From a virus, in IMG/VR virus record IMGVR_UViG_3300021963_000069, positions 29,551 through 93,550 of that record: DNA of 64,000 nt; one strand, written 5' to 3'. Of the stretch, positions 1 to 11,400 are shown one piece after another; positions within the stretch are counted from its first letter, which is position 1, and each line of letters opens with the position of its first letter. The notes beneath the pieces were generated by a model. That model made no database searches. It saw only the letters and a list, made by a program, of their open reading frames with translations, and was not told the origin of the DNA. Made by a program: the position numbers and the translations under genes.

Positions 1-562
1 TACTATATTTTAGTTGATTTGATCCAAGTGCTGATGGCACAGAGAACATATCCCAATACTTTGAACCATATCTACATTCACTACGAGTCTCATCTTTACC
101 ACATTTGGGACAATATCTAATCATTTGTGTCTCCTCTGTTTTAGTTCCCCAATTAGCGGCACCAACCTTGCGACATTTTACAAGTGCTCCTGAAGCATAA
201 GCAGAAGGCCAAACATCATATCTTGATTTTACTTTGGAATAGCAAGCATCTTTTTTGCCACTACCTTTTCCCTTAATGTCCTTTTCTTCGTTCATTTTCT
301 TTTTTGGTTTGTCGGTAGAAACATAAGTTGGTTTTGCGGCACCTGATTTTGATTGCTGGTTTTTATCTGCTTTCTTTTTTCTTCTTGCTGCCGATAATCT
401 TTGTGCTTTAGTCATACTTTTTCTTTTGTTGGAGGAAACGCATTTGGGAACGCCTTCTCCAGGTTCATCACTCGCACAAGTTCCACCGGTTACTACATTC
501 ACCCAACCAGGTTTTTTATCAACTGATTTTGATCCCTTAAACCATTTGCGAAGAGAACCCAT
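1..562 (-). CDS. Basic hypothetical cyanophage protein downstream of gp16 (partial, runs off the window edge)
   Basis: Hand translation from ATG at 562: MGSLRKWFKGSKSVDKKPGWVNVVTGGTCASDEPGEGVPKCV...KKDACYSKVKSRYDVWPSAYASGALVKCRKVGAANWG; open to position 1. Confidence 0.75.
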   Translation of the reverse strand, partial: MGSLRKWFKGSKSVDKKPGWVNVVTGGTCASDEPGEGVPKCVSSNKRKSMTKAQRLSAARRKKKADKNQQSKSGAAKPTYVSTDKPKKKMNEEKDIKGKGSGKKDACYSKVKSRYDVWPSAYASGALVKCRKVGAANWGTKTEETQMIRYCPKCGKDETRSECRYGSKYWDMFSVPSALGSNQLKYS

Positions 563-576
563 TTACCAAATATGAT

Positions 577-1008
577 TTATTCTTTATTATTTAGAAACCC
601 TTGCTTTAATAGTTTTGACAATTCTGTAGTTGATCCAATAAAAACAGCATTATTAGTTACATTTGTAGTTTTGGATACATCCTCCTCAACTTCCTTAACT
701 TTTTTCTGTAGATCTATTAATTTGTCCGCAACATCTCCTACACTCTTAATTAACTGACCGGCAACTTCATATGCTCTTGGAGAACCACCTTCACTCGCAA
801 GTTCCATTATTCCATTTATTGCCTCCTGACCCTTCTCTATCAAAGAATATAAATTTGCCCTGGAGTATTCATAATCTTTGATAATATCATCAGATCTGGA
901 TGAAGACATATCAATTGGAATATCAATTGATGTAGAAGACTTTTCTACCTCAACGATACTACTCTCGATATTCAGAGCCTTATCCAAATCTTCATAGTTA
1001 TTTTTCAT
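577..1008 (-). CDS. gp16: Terminase small subunit (T4 gp16-like)
   Basis: DYEYSRANLYSLIEKGQEAI...PRAYEVAGQLIKSV...VTNNAVFIGSTTEL typical of cyanomyophage gp16; follows gp15. Confidence 0.9.
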   Translation of the reverse strand: MKNNYEDLDKALNIESSIVEVEKSSTSIDIPIDMSSSRSDDIIKDYEYSRANLYSLIEKGQEAINGIMELASEGGSPRAYEVAGQLIKSVGDVADKLIDLQKKVKEVEEDVSKTTNVTNNAVFIGSTTELSKLLKQGFLNNKE

Positions 1009-1014
1009 AATCTA

Positions 1015-1815
1015 TCAAATATCCGTTTGTTGAGTTGGGCTATATGTTTTACTGTCAAAAAACATTTCTACCGACTCGTTGAATCCAAAATCATCATCAG
1101 GTCCGGCATCAATTGGATCTGGAGTGACAGTATATCTCATCTCTCTCTTTGCGACTTTTGGATCAGTTCCAGTATAATAATCCACCTGAACCTTACGAAT
1201 GAGTCCATCTGTACTGTCTGCGACAGGACCAAACAGATATGTTTTTGCTGTAAAATTTAGTGTATATATTAGAGTTCTTCGGGTGGAATAATCTCCTTCA
1301 TAATCATCCGTAAAGGAAACGCTGTCTAAAACTATTGGAATATCTCGTTTTTCTCCTATAGAATCCACCAAATCAACGGTCAAATTAAAAGATGGTTGAA
1401 AATTGGGAAGAATCTGCTCCACAACTTGTAGGGCATCATCTTGTAATTTAGTCATAATATTCAACTGAAATCCAATATTATAAGGAACCGGCATATAAAC
1501 TTTCTTTATAGTATCACCATTTCCGCAAGTCTTAAATGTCTGTATTATACTTGCTTTTCTTGTTGAGTCATACTGAATAGATGTCATCTCAAATGACATT
1601 CTTGGTAAAGTAATTTGAATTGGTTTATTTAATTCTGCCTGTTGCTCAATTCTGGAAAGAAACTTTTGCATAGGTCCATATCCAAGAGGAACCTTCATCT
1701 GACTGATTGCTACATCAGATGAATTTTTATGTTCTATGTAAATGTCATTAAAAAGCGTTCCAAACGCAGTAACCGTCTTTCTTATAATTTGATGGTAGAA
1801 GTAGGTTCCTAGCGT
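1015..1815 (-). CDS. gp15: Tail terminator / sheath stabilizer (T4 gp15-like); start extended beyond the listed 1698
   Basis: VPLGYGPMQKFL, ITLPRMSFE, PVPYNI, EQILPNFQP motifs; the frame continues upstream as (ACG)-LGTYFYHQIIRKTVTAFGTLFNDI, the usual gp15 N-terminus. Confidence 0.9.
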   Translation of the reverse strand, partial: TLGTYFYHQIIRKTVTAFGTLFNDIYIEHKNSSDVAISQMKVPLGYGPMQKFLSRIEQQAELNKPIQITLPRMSFEMTSIQYDSTRKASIIQTFKTCGNGDTIKKVYMPVPYNIGFQLNIMTKLQDDALQVVEQILPNFQPSFNLTVDLVDSIGEKRDIPIVLDSVSFTDDYEGDYSTRRTLIYTLNFTAKTYLFGPVADSTDGLIRKVQVDYYTGTDPKVAKREMRYTVTPDPIDAGPDDDFGFNESVEMFFDSKTYSPTQQTDI

Positions 1816-1854
1816 TTTCCTGTACCCGTTTATTCAATTATTAACACATTATAT

Positions 1855-1862
1855 ATTTATAG
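1855..1862 (-). promoter_or_regulatory. T4-type late promoter TATAAATA upstream of gp15
   Basis: Plus strand reads TATTTATA; matches the gp55 consensus; intergenic. Confidence 0.75.
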
Positions 1863-1864
1863 TA

Positions 1865-3250
1865 TCAATATGTACCAAATGGATTAGATTCTGAAAAATC
1901 CAATATCAAATCAGATTCGGTTTGTACTTGTAAATTATCACCATAAGTATCATATGGATTCCAATTACTGTAAGACTCTGTGGAGTACTGGGAGTTAGAT
2001 ATTGATCCCACAATTGTCTCTCCTGGGAAAAATCCTTTTGATGCGACATTACTTACAATTGAAACTTTAAGAATCTTTGTATCCAGATCCCAAGACTTAA
2101 CTCTTGCTGTTGTTCTGGATCTGGAACCGGTTACAATTTCATTAAATACATAATTTCCTGTTCCGGTTAAAATTGGTGGTGGATCTATAATAATTTGTGG
2201 AGAAATTGTATATCCAACTCCTGGGTTTGTTATTTTTATAGATTTAACATTTTGTGCCGATCCAATTCCGGATTCGGCAGTTGCTGTTTCTCCCGCTCCG
2301 ACATTTCCAATAATTCTTACTCTTGGAGAAGTTGAATATCCTACACCACCATCTGTAATATTAATTGATACAATACCGAAATTATTTTTTTCTATAGTAC
2401 AGGTCGCTGCAGCACCTACTCCATTTCCACTTATAGTAATAATGGGAGGTACGGTATATCCGGCTCCGGCATTAGTTAAAGAGATATTTTTAATAGAATA
2501 AAATCCAGATTTAAATACTGTGACTACTTCAGCAGTCGCTCTAACCCCTCCAGAAGGCGCTGTACCGATAGATACTGTGGGTGGAGAGGTATAACCATGC
2601 CCGTCGTTGTTTAGAACCACTCTCCTGACATATCCGGATCCGATTCCAGCGGATGCCGTCGCAATTCTTCCAACTCCTATAAGGTTTAGAGTGGTTATAT
2701 ATCCTTCATCTTTTATTGTATTATCAACTTCTTTAATAGTCGTGTCAATAACTTCATCTTCATACTCAAATAATTCACATTTAAGTTCATAGACATATAA
2801 TTTACCCAATTGATAAAAAGGTTGTTCGTGCTCTACGAACTTTACCTCAAACAAACGCTTTCCCAAAGGAAAATATACAATATCTCCTTCTCTTGGTCTC
2901 GAAGATAAAACTATTTCTTCATCATTAGATTCTAAAAACGGAGCAATAAAGTCTTCATATCTTTCTTTTGATATAACTAAACTTAATTCATCCTTTAAAC
3001 TTACACCAAATTTTGTTAAAATATCTCCCTGGCCACTATAACCATCAAAATTATTTAAATATGCTTCTATTAAAAAATTATCATTAAATTTTGAAGACGA
3101 AACCTCTTTAAGAATAGTTTCTCTTCTTACGAATTTTCGGGGAATATAAATTACTTCCACACCAAAAATTTTTAATTGTTCGTTAATCAGTTCTTGTATT
3201 AATCTTTGTTCGTTCGCAGAACCTTGAAGAAAAAAGGGATTTAGTGCCAT
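1865..3250 (-). CDS. gp14: Neck protein gp14 with C-terminal GxGY-repeat extension
   Basis: MALNPFFLQG...EQRLIQELINEQLK, RPREGDIVYFP, FEVKFVEHEQPFYQLGK, C-terminal DFSESNPFG. Confidence 0.92.
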   Translation of the reverse strand: MALNPFFLQGSANEQRLIQELINEQLKIFGVEVIYIPRKFVRRETILKEVSSSKFNDNFLIEAYLNNFDGYSGQGDILTKFGVSLKDELSLVISKERYEDFIAPFLESNDEEIVLSSRPREGDIVYFPLGKRLFEVKFVEHEQPFYQLGKLYVYELKCELFEYEDEVIDTTIKEVDNTIKDEGYITTLNLIGVGRIATASAGIGSGYVRRVVLNNDGHGYTSPPTVSIGTAPSGGVRATAEVVTVFKSGFYSIKNISLTNAGAGYTVPPIITISGNGVGAAATCTIEKNNFGIVSINITDGGVGYSTSPRVRIIGNVGAGETATAESGIGSAQNVKSIKITNPGVGYTISPQIIIDPPPILTGTGNYVFNEIVTGSRSRTTARVKSWDLDTKILKVSIVSNVASKGFFPGETIVGSISNSQYSTESYSNWNPYDTYGDNLQVQTESDLILDFSESNPFGTY

Positions 3251-3252
3251 TT

Positions 3253-4098
3253 TTATCCAATAAAGTCATAAGGTGGAAGTTCATATTCTGTTGCCATTCT
3301 CTGTCTAAGACTTTCTAATTCCTTTTCTGCGTCTTCATAAAGTTCTCTTCCATTCAATTCAATACCGCCGGGAAGTTTTACTCCTCTAAACTTAATTAAA
3401 TTTTGCCCCCACTGCCTTTTAATCAAAGAGGTTAAATATATTTTTAGAAAACTATCATTATAAACATCCGTGAAGGTATTTGGGTCTAATATTCTGTAAC
3501 AATCAATTACAATATAGGTTCCAACTTGTTGTGATCCCCAATCAATATCCAAATACATTCTATTCTGTCTTTTATTAAATCTTATTTGCTTGTCGGTACT
3601 TAATAAGAAATCAATATCCTCCAAGTATGTTTTTGTCATAGAATATTGTAACAAATCAACAGAATTGAAATAATATAAATCATTCAAAAATAATTGATAC
3701 TTGATACTAAACATTCCTCTTGAAATTGAACTCGTATCAAATTTAAAGACCTTTTCTATTCCAATTACAGAATCTGGAATTTGAATAAAATTAGATGTCT
3801 CGTAAAATTTTGATGTAACCGTACCTAGACCTGCAATATTTCCGGATGATGCCGTTGTCTCAACTATTCCTGTTCCATTTGTATTTTTTGCTGCTCCTCT
3901 ATCAATATCTTCTTGAGAAAATTGATGCTTAAGATACATTCTCTCTACCCCATCAAAATGTCGTTCTTGAAAATATTGTAGAGCATCATCAACCAAATCG
4001 TCGATTTGATCGTCTGCAACATTAATTTCAAGAACTGGAGCACCCAGTCTTCTTAAACAGTAATCTATGAGTTCTTGTCTACTTGCAGGTTTTGACAT
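3253..4098 (-). CDS. gp13: Neck protein gp13
   Basis: PASRQELIDYCLRRLGAPVLEINV; KRQWGQNLIKFRGVKLPGGIELNG. Confidence 0.95.
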   Translation of the reverse strand: MSKPASRQELIDYCLRRLGAPVLEINVADDQIDDLVDDALQYFQERHFDGVERMYLKHQFSQEDIDRGAAKNTNGTGIVETTASSGNIAGLGTVTSKFYETSNFIQIPDSVIGIEKVFKFDTSSISRGMFSIKYQLFLNDLYYFNSVDLLQYSMTKTYLEDIDFLLSTDKQIRFNKRQNRMYLDIDWGSQQVGTYIVIDCYRILDPNTFTDVYNDSFLKIYLTSLIKRQWGQNLIKFRGVKLPGGIELNGRELYEDAEKELESLRQRMATEYELPPYDFIG

Positions 4099-4319
4099 CA
4101 GTAAGTTCCCCCATCTATAGCGTTCGATCCGCTTACATAAAGATTTCCGCTTATATAAACGTCACCAACAAATGTGCTGATTCCGGTTACAGTAAGCGAA
4201 GTTACTGATGCAATTCCTCCAATTACATTTCTAGATGCTTGTGAATATATCGCAGCAGATCCAGCAGATCCATTAGATAGACCGGAGATTACTCTTATTC
4301 CTGAGATATCTTGTGACAT
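4098..4319 (-). CDS. Small putative virion/fibre-associated protein
   Basis: GGIASVTSLTVTGISTF and terminal IDGGTY motifs as seen in cyanophage fibre proteins; coupled to its neighbours. Confidence 0.6.
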   Translation of the reverse strand: MSQDISGIRVISGLSNGSAGSAAIYSQASRNVIGGIASVTSLTVTGISTFVGDVYISGNLYVSGSNAIDGGTY

Positions 4320-4660
4320 TATCGAGTAACTCCCTGTTTAACTGAAGCAATTCCTTCAAATAGTCTTGTTGAGACCCCAAGAGAACTAATCATTTCGACA
4401 TTATAGACATACCTTCCTGGAGTTAATAATATAGTTTCTTCTGGTGTTAAACTAATCATTATCATTCCTGCAGATGGGTCTAAAATTTCTGTTTGTAAAT
4501 CTATATAAGTAGAACTACCATTCCATTGTTTAATTTGTGATATAACATTATATTCACTTAAATTAAAACTGGAATTAGTAATCGGATCACTTACAAAAAA
4601 TGTACGATTAAAGTTGCAACCAGTATCAATAGTTAAATTAATTGCATATAGTTCTGGCAT
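4319..4660 (-). CDS. Hypothetical virion protein (Ig/BppU-like beta fold), paralog of 4718-5023
   Basis: NLTIDTG...ISLTPEET..LTPGRYVYNV...RLFEG pattern. Confidence 0.7.
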   Translation of the reverse strand: MPELYAINLTIDTGCNFNRTFFVSDPITNSSFNLSEYNVISQIKQWNGSSTYIDLQTEILDPSAGMIMISLTPEETILLTPGRYVYNVEMISSLGVSTRLFEGIASVKQGVTR

Positions 4661-4717
4661 TCATCTAATATTCTTTACTTATTATTTATATTCACCAAAT
4701 TTACTCAAACTAAAACC

Positions 4718-5023
4718 TCATCTAACTAACACCATCCCTTCAATTATTTTATTGGTAAAATTAAAAGGAGTAGTAATAATTGCGTCATAAACATATCTTC
4801 CTTGTTTTAATAATTTAGTTTGTTGATGCGACAGTGCCAATTTTATTGATCCTTGACTTGGGTTGATGATTTGAGATTCAAATTGTGTGTAATTTGAGCT
4901 TCCATCCCATTTTCTCAATTGTGCCAATAAAGTACACGCAGTCAAATCAACATTTTCCAAAAAAAACGTTTCACTAAAATCTGAGCCGGCATTTATTACT
5001 AAGTTGATTACATATACTGCCAT
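4718..5023 (-). CDS. Hypothetical virion protein, paralog of 4319-4660
   Basis: MAVYVINLVINAGSDF...LKQGRYVYD...KIIEGMVLVR; TATAAATA at 5044-5051 upstream. Confidence 0.75.
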   Translation of the reverse strand: MAVYVINLVINAGSDFSETFFLENVDLTACTLLAQLRKWDGSSNYTQFESQIINPSQGSIKLALSHQQTKLLKQGRYVYDAIITTPFNFTNKIIEGMVLVR

Positions 5024-5046
5024 TTACTTACTTAGTTTACAAGTAT

Positions 5047-5217
5047 TTATAGATCAGTAAGAGTACTCAAAACTTCCTGTTGCTTCAAATATAATTTACA
5101 ATAAAGTTTAGAAAAAGATCTCAATTCCTCCTCATTTAAAGTGTCAATTACCCGTGCATGTTTTTCATACTCGAATAATTTACTAATAGATTCTAATTCA
5201 ATTTCATCTGGGTTCAT
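5047..5217 (-). CDS. NblA-like small helical protein (56 aa, not in the ORF track)
   Basis: Hand translation MNPDEIELESISKLFEYEKHARVIDTLNEEELRSFSKLYCKLYLKQQEVLSTLTDL; size and spacing resemble NblA; start overlaps the end of the upstream gene. Confidence 0.55.
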   Translation of the reverse strand: MNPDEIELESISKLFEYEKHARVIDTLNEEELRSFSKLYCKLYLKQQEVLSTLTDL

Positions 5218-5404
5218 TTATTAGTTCTCTCAATAGTGTTTTAATTTCATTAATATCTTCTTTAATTTGATCCAGTTCTTTTCTTTGAGATTCTCTATTG
5301 TGAATTGTATTTAGATATTGATTATAAGATACAGAATCACAATTCACAATTGCTCCACTATTTTCATCTCTATAAAGATTTTGATGCCCCTTTACTCTAA
5401 TCAT
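5204..5404 (-). CDS. Conserved cyanomyophage hypothetical protein
   Basis: VKGHQNLYRDENSGAIVN plus coiled-coil tail; usual neighbour of the VrlC gene. Confidence 0.75.
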   Translation of the reverse strand: MIRVKGHQNLYRDENSGAIVNCDSVSYNQYLNTIHNRESQRKELDQIKEDINEIKTLLRELINEPR

Positions 5405-8400
5405 CTTACCGCAATTGTTCTGAGTTCTTTAATTCTTGGTGGATATGCCTGATTGGTTCCGGACATTACGATTTTAATTACATATCCATTAAATAATCCA
5501 AGATTATCTGCGGTAAATTCATATTCTTTAAATTGATTTTCTAAACTAGAACTTACAAAAGTATCCGATCTTCCACTATTTTTGGAGGGATTAACGACAG
5601 AATATCCTGCTGAAGTAGTGTATGATAAGTTATCATAACCAGGAAATAGTTCAAATGATTGATCGATTTCGCTCGAATCCGGTCTAAACAAACTATAAAG
5701 AACTCTAAAATCAGCAGATTCGTGGCGATATGCCGACAAGATTACTTTTAGTGATGTTGCGGGTTGAACTAGATTTACTGCTCTTGAAACATATGATGCA
5801 GAATGTGGATCATCTAGTATTGAATTGACTCTTCCATCTAATGTGTAATCAGAAATTGGACTATCCAAACGACTAGAAATAAACTCGGTAAATGCCGTAT
5901 CTAAGAATAATATTGGAGATAAATTAGAATCTGTCGTATTAAAGGTGATTCCGGTCGTGAATGATTTATTTCTTGGTAGAGCATCAAGATATTCCATTTC
6001 ATTTTCTTTGGAACATACAAGTCTTACTGATCTTAATGTATTTAATGAGTTTAATTGAATTGGCTCGTATCCATTATCTAGGAATGAGGTCTCATTTCCA
6101 CTTATACTTGTTCCAGTAACCGATCTAATTACTGCCGAAGTTGATGTAGAAGATCCGGGAGTATTAAGATCATATGTGGGAACTATTGAACTATATAAAA
6201 TATTCTCGGTGGCGAGAACCTTTGAACCTCCTAATTTTGACTCGGAAGCGAATGATAATTGTGGTGCTCCAGCAATGGGTCCATCAGTATTGCTAGTACC
6301 TCTATCAGTTCCGTTTGCTGCTCTATTAACTTTAAGATAATATCCATCTATTCCAATATTTAAATCATCAATATCATGTGTTGTATTAATTCTTCGTAAA
6401 GAAACTCCATTTAACTCATACTTATATAATAGGGCATCTTTCTCATGAGTGATTGAAATTGTAGAATCGATACCTCTAACAATAGTTCCTAGTGATCCAC
6501 TACCAACGGACCCATAACTAATAATCTCATTTCCAATCTTCACATATCCTGGATATGTTGGAGTTACAGTAATTCCTTCAAAAGTACCAAAGTTTGATGT
6601 GTTTCCAATTGAAATTGATGTAGATGTTGAAGGTAAAGAAGAAGTAATCGGAACTGGTGCATTGCTCGAAATAACATCACTTATTCTAAGTTTATTCGTG
6701 TTTCCATACATTTGATGATCAAAATGTTCGACTCTAACATAATTTCCTGAATATTCATTTGTTGAATCCGAACGAGTTAGAACATTAATTCCAGTCACAG
6801 GAACTATTGTATTCGAATTATTATAATAACTTAATTCATAATCAGTTGTTGTACCTGTGGCAAATACTCCCTGAACGCCTTCCAAGTATAAAGTATTGAT
6901 ACTATTACCATCTCCGGTAATAGTAATTCTTGCATCACGCCCGCGTACTGAAGTTCCAGTTCCTACCGTAGAAGTTACAATACCAACAACATCTCCTTTT
7001 TTATAACCATTTCCCCTATTTACAATTACCGGTGTACCAGTAATTGTTCCATTAGTGGCAGTAACATCTAATACGAGTCCAGAACCATTTCCAATAATAT
7101 TATAAGTTTCTACATAAGAATCAGTAACGTAATTGCTACCACCTGTGGTTAGTCCCACACTTGATACTGAACTTCCGGTTCCAACAACATATCCATAAAC
7201 ATAAGTCTTAGATTTATCAACAATTTTTCTACCCACACTTAAATCAGCAATTAATGCTGTGTCTGCTGTTGTGGTAATTCCTAGAGTTGTTCTTTTTGGT
7301 AGAGTTGTTAGTGGATTTTCAGATAGTCTCTGTACATAACCATTACTTTCATCTAATGTTGGATTATTAAAAAATACAGTTCCCGTGGTTGAAGTAAATT
7401 TAGCCTTATAAAGTTTAAACTTAAGATCCTGATATTGGTTTGCGGTCCATATGGATCCATTTTGTGATTTAAACAGACTTCCCATCGAAAATTGCTTGGA
7501 ATATGTAACTGCATCTACATCTGGAAGTGATTTTGTATTTACGGTTTTTTCGCCCATAACCGCAGTCCACATTTCATACTGATCGCTATTTTCTGAAATA
7601 ATTACAACTGCATATTCTCTTCCGGGTGGAAGATAAATTGGTTCTTCAAATGTAACCTTAGTAGCAACAGAAGCATCGGTTGAAGTATTAACTTGATTGG
7701 GTCTTAACGTAACAGGAAATCCAATTACAGTTCTTGTGGGAGTTCCCAGTTCAACAGTTCTAATTTCAACTTTTACTGGAGCATTTCCTGGGTCTTTTTT
7801 AGCAAAAAATAAATCAACAGCAGTTAAAAATGCACCATTTACATCATCATTTGATGATGTGGGTGAAGGAGCCTCTACATTTCCACCAACAACAAATGAT
7901 TGTGCGAGAGGATCAACAAATCTTTGAACTGTTGTTCTTGTATGAGTGTTTATCGTTGTCTGAGAAGTTGTGGTATTTGTTGTAAGATTTGTAACTGTTT
8001 TTGTTGTTAGATTGGATGTTGTTGCGGTTACGGTATTTTCCCACTGTTCTAATGTTCCATCTGAATTATAATTTGTTTCGGTAGATGAATTGTCCGTACT
8101 TCCAGGAAGACCAGGATTATTTGTGGAACTTGAAGTCAATTTAAATGTTTTAGTTCCTGTGGCAATTCTTACAGTTGGAGGTGGAATTGTATTTGGATCT
8201 CTCAGATAAAATGCTCCAATTAAATCTCCAAAATTATCGGAAATTAATCTTAAATCACTTACATATGCCACAGCACCGCTAGACTGTCCAACTAATTGCA
8301 TACCCTTAAGCAAATAACCGGAATATTTTCCTTGTGCTTCTTCCGACAGAGAAGCAGTATCAATATTCAAAATTTTCGATGATTGACTATACTCAGATGA

Positions 8401-11400
8401 TATCGATTCAGTTCTAATATATGGGTTAATTGTATATGTTGTAGATGGAGAATTATAAGGACCATACTTATGATCTGACTTGGCAACTCTGAATGAAATT
8501 AAATTATTACCATCAGAAGATCCAACAACGGTTTCTCCGACTACAAATGCTTTAGTAACATCTCTGATCTCAATTAGTTTTGGAATGAAGTCTACGCCAC
8601 TATTTCCATCAAGGAATTGATAAAATTGAGTAGATGGCTTAAGATTAGATCCAGAAAACTGAGTATTTCTGGATCTCATAAATGATTCATCGGAAGAAGA
8701 TATCAATACATTTCTTATTGTTGTATCAGTATTGCTTACTGTGTCGAAACTTTCTGTTGTTGTAGTATTGGAACTGGTATTAGTAACAGTATTTGATGTT
8801 GAAGTATTATCTGTACCCGCTACTTCGGTCCAATTTCCTTGTCCGAAAATATCTGGAAGATTAACTGTGCTACTTGTTTGAGTATTAATTTGTGGCAAAT
8901 TAACCGAGACATTACTTGTTAAATTATTGGTAAGTGTTCTACTAGAATTTAATGTTACACTGATATTCTTATCGGGAAGTTGAATTGTTCTCACCCAGTT
9001 ATCAATTTCTGGGCTCAATTTAACATCGCCATTATAAACAATTACATTAAAAGGGTTTACATTTTCTACTGTTGTGGCAAATGCTTGTTCTATCCACCCA
9101 ATAGATTCATATTTTAAAGTTACTGCTTTTCCTGTTTTTACTACATTTGGATCGGATAGTGGGAAATTCTCCGAAAGGTCCAAATCTTCATCAATAATAG
9201 AAGTTGCCGGTGTAATTTGAGATTTAAGTGAATTTCTACTAACTATAGGTGTAAGTTCATTAGCAGCAGTATTAACTCTAATGGATGACAATCCTCTATT
9301 AATAAATGTATAATTTTTAAAGTCATCTACAAAAAAACCACTCTTAAATCTATTGTTGCCATCGGCATCTTGAATTTGTAATGTCTGTGTATTCACTTCA
9401 AGTAGAGATAGTGAGGTTACTCTTTCTAAATTTTCTACCCTATCCTCAATTAGACCAATATCCCTCATCGTATATCTTCTATTATCCATTAATGTCACAG
9501 TTGCATTTGCTGGATTATAAAGATATGGTGGCAATTTAATAGTCGCAATTTCCATTACGGCATCACTTTTATCTGGTGCCTTTGGATTCTTTGATGATAT
9601 TCCTTTTTCAAGAATAAAGTTTCCAGTTTTATCTAGATATAATTTATCGATTCTTGGTAAATAATATTCATACCCAAGTAATGAACTTTCATTTGGTGCT
9701 AAAATGGGTGCAGAACTTAAAGTTCTTGATGAGAAATCAAATGGAGAAGAAGTAGTGGATGTAAATACTGGAACTCTTGGTCTAAAATCCAAAGTATCAG
9801 ATGATTTTACAGATCTTGGTCCAATAAAAGGAATATCGTGTGTATACCTTTCTTTATCGTAACTCAATACTGTAAATACATCTCCACTATCATTAGACGG
9901 TACTGAATAATAGTCAAATACAATTAAAAGTTGTTTAGATGGTTCGGTTGTATTCTTATTTCTAACAATTCTAGAATAATCATAGTATTGATCTTTTTGT
10001 CCCTTGTCAAGAGTATATGAATTTGTAATATCCTTATATTTTCCAGGAGTGATAGATTCAATCTCCGTAGTTATATTGGAATCTTCGAATACTACAGATT
10101 CAGAAATTGAAAATCTTTCAGAATTTAAATATATGATTCCGAGTACGTTAGAAAATGGTTTAGAAACAACCCTAGCGATTGCCTTACTACCTTTTCCAAA
10201 AATATTTTCACCAATAATTGCATTTGTGCTCACATCAGAACTGGCACCGAATTGTATTTGGTCTACAACTGGCGCCGAGGAATCAAATGACTCATATACT
10301 GATATTATTTTTACTGCATCTGGGTAGTTTAAAGATATTTCTTCATCCTGAACTCTTAGTCCATAATATTGATTATATGTGAGACCATCTCCGATTGAAG
10401 AGCTGATTCCTGTTCCAGATTCGGGATACTTGGATCTTACTACAGTTAATAGTTGACTTCTATTATATGTTTTTATTTTACTCTGAATTACGTTCTTAAC
10501 TAATGTAGTATTTACAACGATATTTGATTGTGAAGGAATTAATCCACTAATTGTTACAGTATTTCCACTTATTGAAAATTGATCCGAGGTTACCGTACCA
10601 ATTCCACCACCACTATAATGTACTGAATATCTCTCTTGATCAAATGATGCAAAGAATGCACTAGTAATGCCACTAACTGCTGACATATCAAATGACAACA
10701 CTCCGCTGCCATTTGTAGATTCTCCTGCTATCTGTTCAGAAAGTGTTAATAGTGATCCCGAAAGATTTACCGAAGAAATATTAAAATCTGGTAGTTGTGC
10801 ATATAAAAATCCCGAGTTCTGATTTCTTATAATTGGAGCACCAATAAAGATATTACTATAAGTTCCATTTGTTACTGTACCTGAATATACTCCAGAAACA
10901 CCTGGTGTTGCTGCGATAGTTAATGATGTACCATCAGCAGAAACTGCTGATACCCGATTGAATGATTCATCTCCAGTTGTAGTTTGATATCTAACAATTG
11001 ATCCAATTTTTACACCGGTAAAGAATTTTCCAGGACTTACTAATGTATTTCCTCCGCTAATAGTTACCTGAGTGATTCCATTTGGAAATCTAAATCTCTC
11101 AAGTAAACAATCAGCAGTAAAATCTACCGGAAGTCCAGATACTGCAGTTGTTTGTTTTACGGATTTGATATCTTCAGTAGAATATGTTGTTACTGTTCTG
11201 ATACTTCTTGAAAAATCCAGACCATTAACAATTAATTGCTCTCCAACTGAGAAAGTTCCAGAAGTTTGTCTTAAATTAATAGTTGCAGAACTACCCCCTG
11301 CAGCAACAGCAAAACCACTGGCACCACTACTCTTTCCTTTTACAAATGATGTTGCTGGTAATTCTGAATTAGATACTGAGGAATTTAAAACAAGAGTTGT

